Shown here piece after piece: positions 41,961-50,388 of a DNA stretch of 64,000 bases. The stretch's first letter is position 1; every line of letters starts with the position of its first letter. The stretch comes from an uncultured Actinomycetes bacterium (GTDB lineage: Bacteria; Actinomycetota; Acidimicrobiia; Spongiisociales; DATADW01): contig CAVWWM010000002.1 of NCBI GenBank assembly GCA_963758695.1, forward strand, positions 1,651 through 65,650. Reading direction: 5' to 3'. Under the pieces are notes generated by a model. That model was not told the origin of the DNA. It worked only from the letters and a program-made list of their open reading frames with translations, and did not search any database. Position numbers and translations under genes: made by a program.

Positions 41961-42590
41961 GGGGTTTGTGATGTGGCGTCGCTGGTTGGCGGTGTCGGTT
42001 GTGGTGGTGTTGGTGGTTGGGGGTACGGCGGCGGTGGCTCAGCTGCCGCCGGGGGGGACGTTCACCGATGATGACGGGAATGAGCATGAGGGGTTCATCG
42101 AGGCGATCGCCGCGGCGGGGATAACGCTTGGTTGCAACCCGGAGGGGACGTTGTACTGCCCAGCTGAGCCGGTGCGGCGCGATCAGATGGCTTCGTTTAT
42201 CGCCCGTGGGTTCGAGTTGCCGGCGGCGGGGGAGGACTTCTTCCCCGACGATGAGGGCAACACCCACGAGGACAACATCAACCGGGTGGCGGCGGCGGGG
42301 ATCACGCTCGGGTTCGATGATGGGACGTTCGGTCCGACGCTTCTGGTGTCGCGGGCGCAGATGGCTTCGTTCCTGGCCCGGGCGATGGAGTTGGATCCGG
42401 TGCCGGGCGACCGTTTCTCTGATGTGTCGGGGGAGCATGAGGGGAACATCAACGCCATCGCCGAGGAGGGGGTGACGTTGGGTTGTGACCAGGCGGGGAC
42501 GTTGTTCTGCCCGGACGAGTCGGTGCGTCGTGACCAGATGGCGTCCTTCCTCGGTCGGGCACTCGGTCTCGAACCCACCCCACCACCACC
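41961..42590 (+). repeat. 630-bp direct repeat, copy 1 (identical to 42982-43611)
   Basis: Lines compared base by base. All six-frame ORFs over the two copies are identical in the track. Confidence 0.9.
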
Positions 42591-42981
42591 GGGGACCTCG
42601 AGTACCAGCTCGTCGAGCACAAGTTCCTCCAGCTCTTCGTCGAGTAGCTCGTCATCGAGCAGCTCTTCGAGCAGCACGTCCTCCAGCAGCACGAGCACGA
42701 CGATGGACGACGACGAGGTGGTGATCTCGATCACCGCGGTGCAGGACTTTGGCGACACGACCGTGTCGGTGGGCACCGAGGTCGTCTGGGTCAACAACCA
42801 GAACAACATGAATCACACGAGCACATCGGGCGTCCCGCCCACCGAGGACGGCACTTGGGACTCAGGGATCCTCAACCCAGGGGAGGACTTCTCCCGGGTC
42901 TTCAACACCGCGGGGAGCTTCGAATACTTCTGCACGATCCACGGCAGCGTGATGACCGGCACGATCATCGTCGAGGACTGA
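41968..42981 (+). CDS. secreted SLH-repeat protein with poly-Ser linker and C-terminal cupredoxin domain
   Basis: Signal/TM MMWRRWLAVSVVVVLVVGGTAAVA, three SLH-type repeats and a Ser/Thr run. Cupredoxin end HTSTSG...FEYFCTIHGSVMTGTIIV supplies the His...Cys-x2-His-x3-Met copper ligands. Confidence 0.8.
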   Translation: MMWRRWLAVSVVVVLVVGGTAAVAQLPPGGTFTDDDGNEHEGFIEAIAAAGITLGCNPEGTLYCPAEPVRRDQMASFIARGFELPAAGEDFFPDDEGNTHEDNINRVAAAGITLGFDDGTFGPTLLVSRAQMASFLARAMELDPVPGDRFSDVSGEHEGNINAIAEEGVTLGCDQAGTLFCPDESVRRDQMASFLGRALGLEPTPPPPGTSSTSSSSTSSSSSSSSSSSSSSSSSSTSSSSTSTTMDDDEVVISITAVQDFGDTTVSVGTEVVWVNNQNNMNHTSTSGVPPTEDGTWDSGILNPGEDFSRVFNTAGSFEYFCTIHGSVMTGTIIVED

Positions 42982-43611
42982 GGGGTTTGTGATGTGGCGT
43001 CGCTGGTTGGCGGTGTCGGTTGTGGTGGTGTTGGTGGTTGGGGGTACGGCGGCGGTGGCTCAGCTGCCGCCGGGGGGGACGTTCACCGATGATGACGGGA
43101 ATGAGCATGAGGGGTTCATCGAGGCGATCGCCGCGGCGGGGATAACGCTTGGTTGCAACCCGGAGGGGACGTTGTACTGCCCAGCTGAGCCGGTGCGGCG
43201 CGATCAGATGGCTTCGTTTATCGCCCGTGGGTTCGAGTTGCCGGCGGCGGGGGAGGACTTCTTCCCCGACGATGAGGGCAACACCCACGAGGACAACATC
43301 AACCGGGTGGCGGCGGCGGGGATCACGCTCGGGTTCGATGATGGGACGTTCGGTCCGACGCTTCTGGTGTCGCGGGCGCAGATGGCTTCGTTCCTGGCCC
43401 GGGCGATGGAGTTGGATCCGGTGCCGGGCGACCGTTTCTCTGATGTGTCGGGGGAGCATGAGGGGAACATCAACGCCATCGCCGAGGAGGGGGTGACGTT
43501 GGGTTGTGACCAGGCGGGGACGTTGTTCTGCCCGGACGAGTCGGTGCGTCGTGACCAGATGGCGTCCTTCCTCGGTCGGGCACTCGGTCTCGAACCCACC
43601 CCACCACCACC
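42982..43611 (+). repeat. 630-bp direct repeat, copy 2
   Basis: Offset of 1021 bp from copy 1. Identity ends abruptly at ccaccaccacc|. Confidence 0.9.
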
Positions 43612-43903
43612 CACCACCACGATCGCGACGACGACGACCTCGGCCCCGCCGCCGCCCGACGACGTCTTCGTCTCGATCGAGGACTTCCTGTTCTCGCCGA
43701 ACGACATCACCGTTGAAGAGGGAACCCAGGTCTGGTGGACCAATGTCGGGGACGCGGACCACACCACCACAGGCAGCTCTTGGGACTCGGGGGCCCTCGA
43801 TGCGGACGAGTCCTACGCGGTGACCTTCGAGACGCCCGGTACCTACAACTACATCTGCACGATCCATGACTTCATGACCGGGGTAGTGCGGGTCACCGAC
43901 TGA
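42989..43903 (+). CDS. secreted SLH-repeat protein with Thr/Pro linker and C-terminal cupredoxin domain (paralog)
   Basis: The first ~205 aa are identical to the upstream paralog. The diverged cupredoxin end DADHTTTGSSWDSG...YNYICTIHDFMTGVVRV supplies the His...Cys-x2-His-x3-Met copper ligands. Confidence 0.8.
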   Translation: MMWRRWLAVSVVVVLVVGGTAAVAQLPPGGTFTDDDGNEHEGFIEAIAAAGITLGCNPEGTLYCPAEPVRRDQMASFIARGFELPAAGEDFFPDDEGNTHEDNINRVAAAGITLGFDDGTFGPTLLVSRAQMASFLARAMELDPVPGDRFSDVSGEHEGNINAIAEEGVTLGCDQAGTLFCPDESVRRDQMASFLGRALGLEPTPPPPTTTIATTTTSAPPPPDDVFVSIEDFLFSPNDITVEEGTQVWWTNVGDADHTTTGSSWDSGALDADESYAVTFETPGTYNYICTIHDFMTGVVRVTD

Positions 43904-43911
43904 GGGAGTCG

Positions 43912-43940
43912 GGGGGTGACGCCGAACCGGCGTCACCCCC
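43912..43940. terminator. strong hairpin between convergent genes (bidirectional terminator candidate)
   Basis: Perfect 13-bp GC-rich stem gggggtgacgccg / cggcgtcaccccc with a 3-nt loop, 9 nt after the stop at 43903. Confidence 0.6.
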
Positions 43941-43949
43941 ATGCTCCGG

Positions 43950-44447
43950 TCAGCGAATGATTCGGAGCGTGAGCGTGCTCTCCGTCTCGCCCACGAACCT
44001 GAGGATCATCTCGCCATGGGCGGTGCGGTACCGCCTCGTTCCTCCGGTGATCGCCGCCCGGATCTGATCAGTCGTCTCGGTGAACGTCGCCAGGGTCCTC
44101 ACCGTGATCTGGCCGGCCGGCAGGTCGAGCGTGCCCAGGCAATGGAAGGTGGTTGCTTCGTCCTCACCTATGCCGACCAGTGTGCAGGTCCCGGCAAAGA
44201 CGCCAACGTTCCGGTCACCGATGAACAGATCGTCGTTGAAGACGAAATAATCACCGAGGCTGAACCCGGGATCCCCGACATCGATGTCCACGTCCTCGAT
44301 GGCGCTGATGGCGGTGACCCGCAGCACCTCGACCTTGCCGGCACCATCCGTCGACAGTGCTGACTTCGGTGAGGCGGCCGCCGCCGGAAGGCTGGCGACC
44401 ACGAGCAGGAGCGCCGCCACGGCCCCGAGTCTGAGCTTGGTTCTCAT
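43950..44447 (-). CDS. secreted hypothetical protein (beta-rich)
   Basis: GGAGAAGAGGGG RBS plus ATG at 44447. Signal peptide MRTKLRLGAVAALLLVVASLPAAAA. No family recognised with confidence. Confidence 0.55.
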   Translation of the reverse strand: MRTKLRLGAVAALLLVVASLPAAAASPKSALSTDGAGKVEVLRVTAISAIEDVDIDVGDPGFSLGDYFVFNDDLFIGDRNVGVFAGTCTLVGIGEDEATTFHCLGTLDLPAGQITVRTLATFTETTDQIRAAITGGTRRYRTAHGEMILRFVGETESTLTLRIIR

Positions 44448-44802
44448 AGAACCCCTCTTCTCCCCCCAATTGGTCGATTCAGGCTGGTGTCGTTCTCGAC
44501 AGGGGGAGCGCGGATGGAAGGCAGCGTGGCGGAGGCGAGGGCGAGTGAAAGTGGACGTCGAACGCCGCCCCCCGCCCGGCACACCTTGGGAAGTTCTACT
44601 GCTCCCGGCGCGGCCTCGCCCACAGGTGTCGTCATCGACCCTCCCCCGTGTTGCTCCCGCGCGCACCGTAGACCTGCGTCAGGAGTTTTGCACTGGCGCC
44701 TAGGTAGTTGACCGTTCCGCCGCGCCGGCCCACCAGGTCGGCCCTGCCGGACCGAGCGACCAACCGGACCCATCCCCTAGAGATGCCCAATTGCGGGTAG
44801 TG

Positions 44803-44946
44803 GTGATGTGGCGTCGGTGGTTGGGGCGAGGGGACCCTCGACGCCGACGAGTTCTATTTCGCAGCGCCTGTGACCCGCCCGGTAGTCATGGCTACATCTG
44901 CACGATCCCCGTTTTTCTGACCGCCGTAGCGCGGGTCACTGACTGA
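44803..44946 (+). pseudogene. remnant of a third SLH-cupredoxin paralog (start fused to the last ~35 codons)
   Basis: gtgatgtggcgtcggtggttgg matches the paralog start. It runs directly into ...ccctcgacgccgacgag...ctacatctgcacgatcc...gcgggtcactgactgaggg, which matches the 3' end of 42989..43903 including the stop context. Confidence 0.7.
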
Positions 44947-44965
44947 GGGTTCGAAGCACTTCGAT

Positions 44966-45397
44966 CTATGCCGGAGCCAGTGAACCCTCGGTCACCTCGG
45001 CCTTGTGTGCGGCGAAGGCGCCAAGGACTTCCTCTTTCTCCTGTGCAGGGATACCAAAGCTGTCGAGGGTGCGCCCCAGCTCGGCGGCGACCTCGTCGAA
45101 TTCCGATGGAGTGATGTGGAACTCTCGGTGAGCCTCCTCGAGCCCCAAAGGCGTGCTCCCCGGCTCGGTTGCGGTGAAATCGAAGGGTCCCCCCGCCACG
45201 TCGCAAACCCACAGGGTTCGCATGAACTTCAGCCCGGGGAGCCTCTCCAGGCTGTTGGTGTGCCATTCGCGGAGAACGGGGTTCTCGGATCCCTGGCCAA
45301 CGATCGGGTTTGCGATGAGGGCATCGCTGAACCTGTCCACCACAGCCGCGATGGCGAATACGCCACCCAGCCTCTCGTAAAGACTCGCCTCGGGCAT
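44966..45397 (-). CDS. glbN: group I truncated haemoglobin
   Basis: SLYERLGGVFAIAAVVDRFSDALIANP start typical of trHbN. EAHREFHITPSEFDEVAAEL holds the proximal His region. Confidence 0.75.
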   Translation of the reverse strand: MPEASLYERLGGVFAIAAVVDRFSDALIANPIVGQGSENPVLREWHTNSLERLPGLKFMRTLWVCDVAGGPFDFTATEPGSTPLGLEEAHREFHITPSEFDEVAAELGRTLDSFGIPAQEKEEVLGAFAAHKAEVTEGSLAPA

Positions 45398-45455
45398 AAC
45401 CGCCTCCTTGGGTCCCCCTTCAATCTGAAGGGATTTCTATTACAGAACTAGGTTA

Positions 45456-45484
45456 GTTTTACACCCTACGTAGCGTCACGTCAA
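45456..45484 (-). promoter_or_regulatory. candidate promoter of the haemoglobin gene (TTGACG-17 nt-TAAAAC) with embedded CTACGTAG palindrome
   Basis: Read on the minus strand in the most AT-rich patch of the window, about 55 nt upstream of the ATG. A leader hairpin cccttca-gat-tgaaggg and an AAGGAGG RBS follow. Confidence 0.25.
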
Positions 45485-45646
45485 CCTTGTTGGCATGCCT
45501 CGGTGTGGATCGTTGGTTCGCTCGGAGCCGCAAGATGACGCGGTTACGGCGGCGCCGCCTTTGCGGCGATGTGCGATACTTGGCGACCCCGAGGATCCGG
45601 CGCTTGAATCCGCCGCCGGCTCGCTCAGGTGCAGGGTTTGACCCTC

Positions 45647-45719
45647 GCCCCCTTAGCTCAGCTGGCAGAGCACCTCCATGGTAAGGAGGAGGTCTCCGGT
45701 TCGAATCCGGAAGGGGGCT
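45647..45719 (+). tRNA. tRNA-Thr (GGT)
   Basis: Acceptor GCCCCCT/AGGGGGC, D arm TAGCTCAGCTGGCAGAGCA, anticodon loop ATGGTAA, T arm CCGGTTCGAATCCGG. Confidence 0.9.
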
Positions 45720-45780
45720 CCGCCCGGCCGATCCCGACCGGGTTGACAAATGAAGACGGTGCGGCCACCGCACCAGGCGT

Positions 45781-45854
45781 GGCGGCGTAGCTCAGTCGGT
45801 GAGAGCGCTCGACTCATAATCGAGAGGTCGGCAGTTCGAGTCTGCCCGCCGCTA
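45781..45854 (+). tRNA. tRNA-Met (CAT), elongator type
   Basis: Acceptor GGCGGCG/CGCCGCT, anticodon stem-loop CTCGA-CTCATAA-TCGAG (no GGG/CCC initiator signature), T arm GGCAG-TTCGAGT-CTGCC. Confidence 0.85.
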
Positions 45855-45880
45855 CCGACGGGAACGAAGAAGGAGTTGTG

Positions 45881-47070
45881 ATGGGGAAGGCGAAGTTTGA
45901 GCGGACGAAGCCTCATGTGAATGTGGGGACGATGGGTCATATTGATCATGGGAAGACGACGTTGACGGCGGCGATCACGAAGGTGTTGCATGAGCGTGAT
46001 TCTTCTGTGGCGTTCACGTCTTTCGATCAGATTGATAAGGCGCCTGAGGAGCGGGAGCGGGGGATCACGATCCAGATCGCTCATGTGGAGTATGAGACCC
46101 CGAACCGTCATTACGCCCATGTGGATATGCCGGGTCATGCTGATTACATCAAGAACATGATTACGGGGGCGGCGCAGGTGGATGGGGCGATCCTGGTGGT
46201 GTCGGCGGCTGATGGTCCGATGCCTCAGACGAGGGAGCATGTGTTGTTGGCCCGTCAGGTTGGGGTGCCTTCGATCGTGGTGTTTTTGAACAAGGTGGAC
46301 ATGGTCGATGACCCTGAGCTGTTGGATTTGGTGGAGCTCGAGGTGCGGGATCTGTTGACCGAGTATGAGTTCCCGGGGGATGAGGTGCCGGTGGTGCGCG
46401 GTTCGGCCTTGCAGGCGCTTGGAGGGGGAGGGGGAGGGTCCTTCCCAGATCGTGGAGTTGATGGAGGCGGTGGATTCTTACGTGCCGGAGCCGGTGCGTG
46501 ATGTGGAGAAGCCGTTCATGATGGCGATCGAGGATGTGTTCAGTATTACGGGGCGGGGGACGGTGGTGACTGGTCGGGTGGAGCAGGGTGTGTTGAAGGT
46601 GAACGAGGAGGTGGAGATCGTCGGGATCCGCCCTACCCGCAAGACGGTGGCTACTGGGGTGGAGATGTTCCGTAAGTTGTTGGATGAGGGGCGGGCGGGG
46701 GACAACGTTGGGGTGCTGTCTGCGGGGGGTGGGTAAGGATGAGGTGGAGCGGGGTCAGGTGTTGGCTAAGCCGGGGTCGATCACTCCGCACACCAATTTC
46801 GAGGCGGCGGTGTATGTGTTGACTAAGGAGGAGGGGGGCCGGCACAACCCGTTCTTTTCTGGTTACCGCCCCCAGTTCTATTTCCGGACGACTGATGTGA
46901 CTGGTTCGGTGACGTTGCCGGAGGGGACGGAGATGGTGATGCCGGGTGACCAGACGCAGATGACGGTGGAGTTGATCGCTCCGATCGCGATGGACGACGG
47001 TTTGCGTTTCGCCATCCGCGAGGGTGGCCGCACCGTCGGTGCCGGCCGGGTCACCAAGATCCTGAAATGA
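45881..47070 (+). CDS. tuf: elongation factor Tu, split into three ORFs by two single-base insertions (~46420, ~46719)
   Basis: [36 protein letters not shown] and NKVD. The sequence continues as ...[26 protein letters not shown]...[13 protein letters not shown] in ORF 46365.. and as ...[19 protein letters not shown]...[15 protein letters not shown] in ORF 46684... Confidence 0.95.
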
Positions 47071-47087
47071 GCGGAGCTCATTTCAGG
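47061..47087 (+). terminator. hairpin spanning the tuf stop codon
   Basis: Perfect 12-bp stem cctgaaatgagc / gctcatttcagg with a 3-nt loop. A second imperfect palindrome follows at 47088-47140. No clear T-tract. Confidence 0.4.
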
Positions 47088-47167
47088 GTGGTAAGTGGTT
47101 GGTGGTATGGTGACTTATCACCTACTACCTACCACCTAGAACTGCGAACGAGCGAAGCGAGTGAGCC

Positions 47168-47329
47168 ATGCCTTCTGACAAGAGACCGCCGCTGACGTTG
47201 GCTTGTGACGTTTGCAAGCGTCGCAACTACGTCACCACCAAGAACAAGACCAACACCAGGGACCGGCTCGGATTGCAGAAGTACTGCAGGTGGTGCCGCG
47301 TCCACACCCTGCACCGAGAAACCCGTTGA
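47168..47329 (+). CDS. rpmG: 50S ribosomal protein L33 (Cys-containing zinc-ribbon form)
   Basis: Manual translation [53 protein letters not shown]-stop. Too short for the ORF track. Confidence 0.9.
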   Translation: MPSDKRPPLTLACDVCKRRNYVTTKNKTNTRDRLGLQKYCRWCRVHTLHRETR

Positions 47330-47362
47330 TCCCAGGGGCGGGGCAGGCCGACCAGTGGTAGC

Positions 47363-48331
47363 TTGCCGAGCCGACCCTGCGGGTGGAGTGAGCAGGTCTG
47401 CATCGGGACGGGGCTTCGCCAACAAGCGGAGAGACCCCGTCCCGATCGCGTCGGGTCGGCGTGGTCGCTGACGACGGTCCGCCATTCGGACCGCCTCGAG
47501 GGTTGGCGGATCGGACCGGCCCCGCTCACACTCACTCCCGACAGGGTGTCCAACCTGGTGGCGGCCACAGGCGACGACCCCGAGCGCTGGACGGCGGCAG
47601 CACCGCCTTCCTTCGGCGCGGTGACGTTGTTCGCAGTGGCCAAGGACCTTCTGGCAGCACCCGAGCTTGTCGGGCGCGGGGTGATCCACTCCGAGCAGAC
47701 ATTCGAGTGGCACCGGCCGTTCGTCATCGGGAGCGAGGTCGAGGTGGAAGGTGTCGTCGGGAGGGTCCGTTCGAGGGGTCCGGCCACGTTTGTCGGGCTC
47801 GATGTCACCACCCGCGATGTGTCCGGCCCGGTGCAGACCTCGGCGTCGAGCTTCGTCGTGATCGAAGCCGATCCCGCGGGGTCGGCTGACACCGGAAGCG
47901 AGCCTGGACCCGAGGAACGCGCCATCGACGAGCGACCCACGCCGCGACCGCTCCCCGCCGTCGGGACGCAGCTTCCACCGCTGGTCAAGTCGGCCAGCCG
48001 TGGTGATCTCCTCCGCTATGCGGCCGCCACCGGTGACTGGAACCCCATCCACTGGGACCGCGCCGCCGCGGTGTCCGCCGGACTGCCCGGGATCGTGGCG
48101 CACGGTCTGCTGATGGCGGCGTGGGTGGTCCAGGCCGCCGCCCGCCATGCCCTTGGGGACATGCCGCTCCGTCAGGCGCGCCTTCGCTTCAGGTCACCGC
48201 TGCGACCGGCCGAGCCGGCGTTGGTTGAGGGCGAGGTCCACGAGGAGGGGTCGCTCCGTCTGCGGGTGGTTTCCGGCGGCGAGGAGAGGGTCACGGCTAC
48301 GGTTGTGCTCGAGCCGTCGAGCGGTGGGTAA
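47363..48331 (+). CDS. double hot-dog MaoC-like (3R)-hydroxyacyl dehydratase (HadA-like + HadB-like halves fused); start uncertain
   Basis: The C-terminal half carries the hydratase-2 motif YAAATGDWNPIHWDRAAAVSAG. The N-terminal half is a non-catalytic hot-dog (...VIHSEQTFEWHRPF...). Its position between rpmG and secE mirrors the mycobacterial had locus. Confidence 0.75.
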   Translation: MPSRPCGWSEQVCIGTGLRQQAERPRPDRVGSAWSLTTVRHSDRLEGWRIGPAPLTLTPDRVSNLVAATGDDPERWTAAAPPSFGAVTLFAVAKDLLAAPELVGRGVIHSEQTFEWHRPFVIGSEVEVEGVVGRVRSRGPATFVGLDVTTRDVSGPVQTSASSFVVIEADPAGSADTGSEPGPEERAIDERPTPRPLPAVGTQLPPLVKSASRGDLLRYAAATGDWNPIHWDRAAAVSAGLPGIVAHGLLMAAWVVQAAARHALGDMPLRQARLRFRSPLRPAEPALVEGEVHEEGSLRLRVVSGGEERVTATVVLEPSSGG

Positions 48332-48335
48332 CCCC

Positions 48336-48903
48336 ATGCAAGAGCTGAGGGTCGAATCGAGCGTCGATCTTCTGGTGGATCGAGCCCGACAGGGGGACCG
48401 AAACGCCTTTGGCGACCTGGTTCGGCTCCACCAGCACGAGGTGTTCACCTTGGCGGTGAGATTGGTTGCCGATAGGACCGTTGCGGCGGATGTGGCGCAG
48501 GATGCCTTCATCCGCGCCTGGCGGGCACTCCCCAAATTCCGCGGCGACGCGGCGTTCGCCACCTGGCTGCACCGGATCACGGTCAACGCCGCATGGAGCC
48601 AGAGGCGCCGAGCGGCGGCCCGCCCCGTTTCCCAACTCGACGAGGCGCTTGCCGTCCCCGATACCGACCCGCTCCGCCAACCCGAGCGCGTCGGCGAAGT
48701 GGCCGATCTACGCCAGGCCCTGGGAGACGCCATTGGCGCGCTCCCCATTGGGATGAGGGCGGTGGTGGTGCTCAAGGACATTTACGGGTGGAGCCACGAC
48801 GACGTGGCCCGCGGCACTTGGGATCTCCGAGACCGCGGCCAAGGTGAGGCTCCATCGGGCGCACCTCCGGCTCAGAGAGATGCTCGACGGGCGACACCCA
48901 TGA
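48336..48903 (+). CDS. ECF (sigma-70 family) sigma factor, one frame change near 48808
   Basis: Region 2 is HQHEVFTLAVRLV...DVAQDAFIRAWRAL. Region 4 MRAVVVLKDIYGWSHDDVA continues as AALGISETAAKVRLHRAHLRLREMLDGRHP-stop only after a 1-nt shift. Confidence 0.8.
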
Positions 48904-49270
48904 CGGCGCGCACCCATCTCGCTCGACGTGCGCTGGCGACCACATCGCTTCCCGGCGCCGCCACCGCCAAGGAGCATGTGGAGGGCTGTCTCGCCTGTCA
49001 GGCCTCTGCCGCCCACGATCGGCGGTTGCAGCGCCGGCTGGCGCTCCTCCGCCACGAACTGATCCCGGCCCCGGCCGGTTTGGTCACTCTGGTCCTGGCT
49101 CGGATGGAGGCCGCACCCGGTGTGGCGTCGACACGCGGCCCGATAATCGCCGGAGCATCGGTGTTGGCCGCAGCGGCGGCAGCGGCCGCCATGGTGGCGG
49201 CGCGGTCGACGGGGTGTGGCCGCTCCCGGATGAGGCAGCGGGGCATGGGTGTACACTGCGTCCGGCCCAT
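48900..49270 (+). CDS. anti-sigma factor (zf-HC2 type), 3' end uncertain
   Basis: ATG overlaps the sigma stop (ATGA). HVEGCLACQ gives H-x3-C-x2-C, followed by a hydrophobic Ala-rich segment. The ORF has no stop before tRNA-Trp, so a further frame error is likely. Confidence 0.45.
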
Positions 49271-49334
49271 CGGTAGACTCCGCCCAGGCGGGCTCACCGC
49301 CCTTTCCCCGCACGATCGAGCCGAGGGGAACCGG

Positions 49335-49408
49335 AGGGGTGTAGCTCGAATTGGCAGAGCGCCGGTCTCCAAAACCGGAGGTTGCGGGTTCGAGTCCCGC
49401 CGCCCCTG
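49335..49408 (+). tRNA. tRNA-Trp (CCA)
   Basis: Acceptor AGGGGTG/CGCCCCT, anticodon stem-loop CCGGT-CTCCAAA-ACCGG, T arm GCGGG-TTCGAGT-CCCGC. Confidence 0.9.
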
Positions 49409-49432
49409 CTCCGCAAGGAAGCGATACGTGAG

Positions 49433-49744
49433 ATGAACCGAGAGATGAGGCGCCTCGTTGAACGCGAGGAGCGACGACAGAAGCAGACGCAGCGGGCGCG
49501 CCCCAAGCGTTCCGCCGGCAAGCCGGCTGAGCAGAAGCCGAGCCTGTGGCATCGGCTTGGCATCTTCTTCCGCGAGGTTCGCACCGAGCTCCGGAGGGTG
49601 CAGTGGCCGACGCGAGATCAGATGATCGCCTTCACCTCGGTGACCCTCATCACGACCACGGCGGTGACGCTCATCGTCTTCGCCTTCGATGTCGTGCTCA
49701 AGGAGGGCATCTTGTGGCTGCTCCAGGGCGCCGGGCAAGGGTGA
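49433..49744 (+). CDS. secE: preprotein translocase subunit SecE
   Basis: Basic N-terminus, then FFREVRTELRRVQWPTRDQMIAFTSVTLITTTAVTLIVFAFD. Conserved position after tRNA-Trp. Confidence 0.9.
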   Translation: MNREMRRLVEREERRQKQTQRARPKRSAGKPAEQKPSLWHRLGIFFREVRTELRRVQWPTRDQMIAFTSVTLITTTAVTLIVFAFDVVLKEGILWLLQGAGQG

Positions 49745-49748
49745 AGCG

Positions 49749-50357
49749 ATGACCGACGCTGTTGACATCATCGAAGAGACCGAGGTCGTCGAAGAGGAAG
49801 AGCCGTACACCAGTCCCTACGACCTCGAAGGCGACTGGTACGTCATCCATTCCTATTCGGGCTACGAGAACAAGGTCAAGGCCAACCTCGAGACCCGCAT
49901 TCGGTCGATGCATATGGAGGACCGGATCTTCGAGGTGGTCATCCCACTCGAGCCGGTGGTCGAATTCAAGGGTGGCCGGAAGGTCACCGTCCAGAAGAAG
50001 GTTTTTCCCGGCTACATCCTGGTCCGGATGGTCCTCGACGACGACTCCTGGTATGCGGTGCGTAACACGCCGGGGGTCACCGGGTTCGTTGGGGGTGGGA
50101 GCAAACCATCACCGTTGTCAAGGCGCGAGGTGGAGCGCTTCCTCGGGGTAGAGAAGAAGGAAATCAAGAAGGAACCCCGCTACAAGCCGGAGTGGGAGGT
50201 CGGGGAGACCGTCCGGGTCGTAACCGGGCCGTTCGCCGACTTCAACGGCGTGATCGAGAGCATCAATGTCGACCAATCCAAGGTCGTGGTGCTGGTCAAC
50301 ATCTTCGGGCGCGACACCCCGGTGGAGCTCGGGTTCGAGGACATCACCAAGCAGTAA
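49749..50357 (+). CDS. nusG: transcription termination/antitermination factor NusG
   Basis: [23 protein letters not shown] and the KOW region [22 protein letters not shown]. Confidence 0.95.
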   Translation: MTDAVDIIEETEVVEEEEPYTSPYDLEGDWYVIHSYSGYENKVKANLETRIRSMHMEDRIFEVVIPLEPVVEFKGGRKVTVQKKVFPGYILVRMVLDDDSWYAVRNTPGVTGFVGGGSKPSPLSRREVERFLGVEKKEIKKEPRYKPEWEVGETVRVVTGPFADFNGVIESINVDQSKVVVLVNIFGRDTPVELGFEDITKQ

Positions 50358-50388
50358 GACTTGGTACTCGGTACTTAGAAGGAATCGC

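Noticed and set aside
41737-43942. Two long, partly identical minus-strand ORFs (233 aa and 325 aa) that look like a duplicated gene
   Set aside because: They are the antisense image of the duplicated SLH-cupredoxin genes. The identity simply reflects the 630-bp direct repeat. The translations are Arg/Pro/His-rich.
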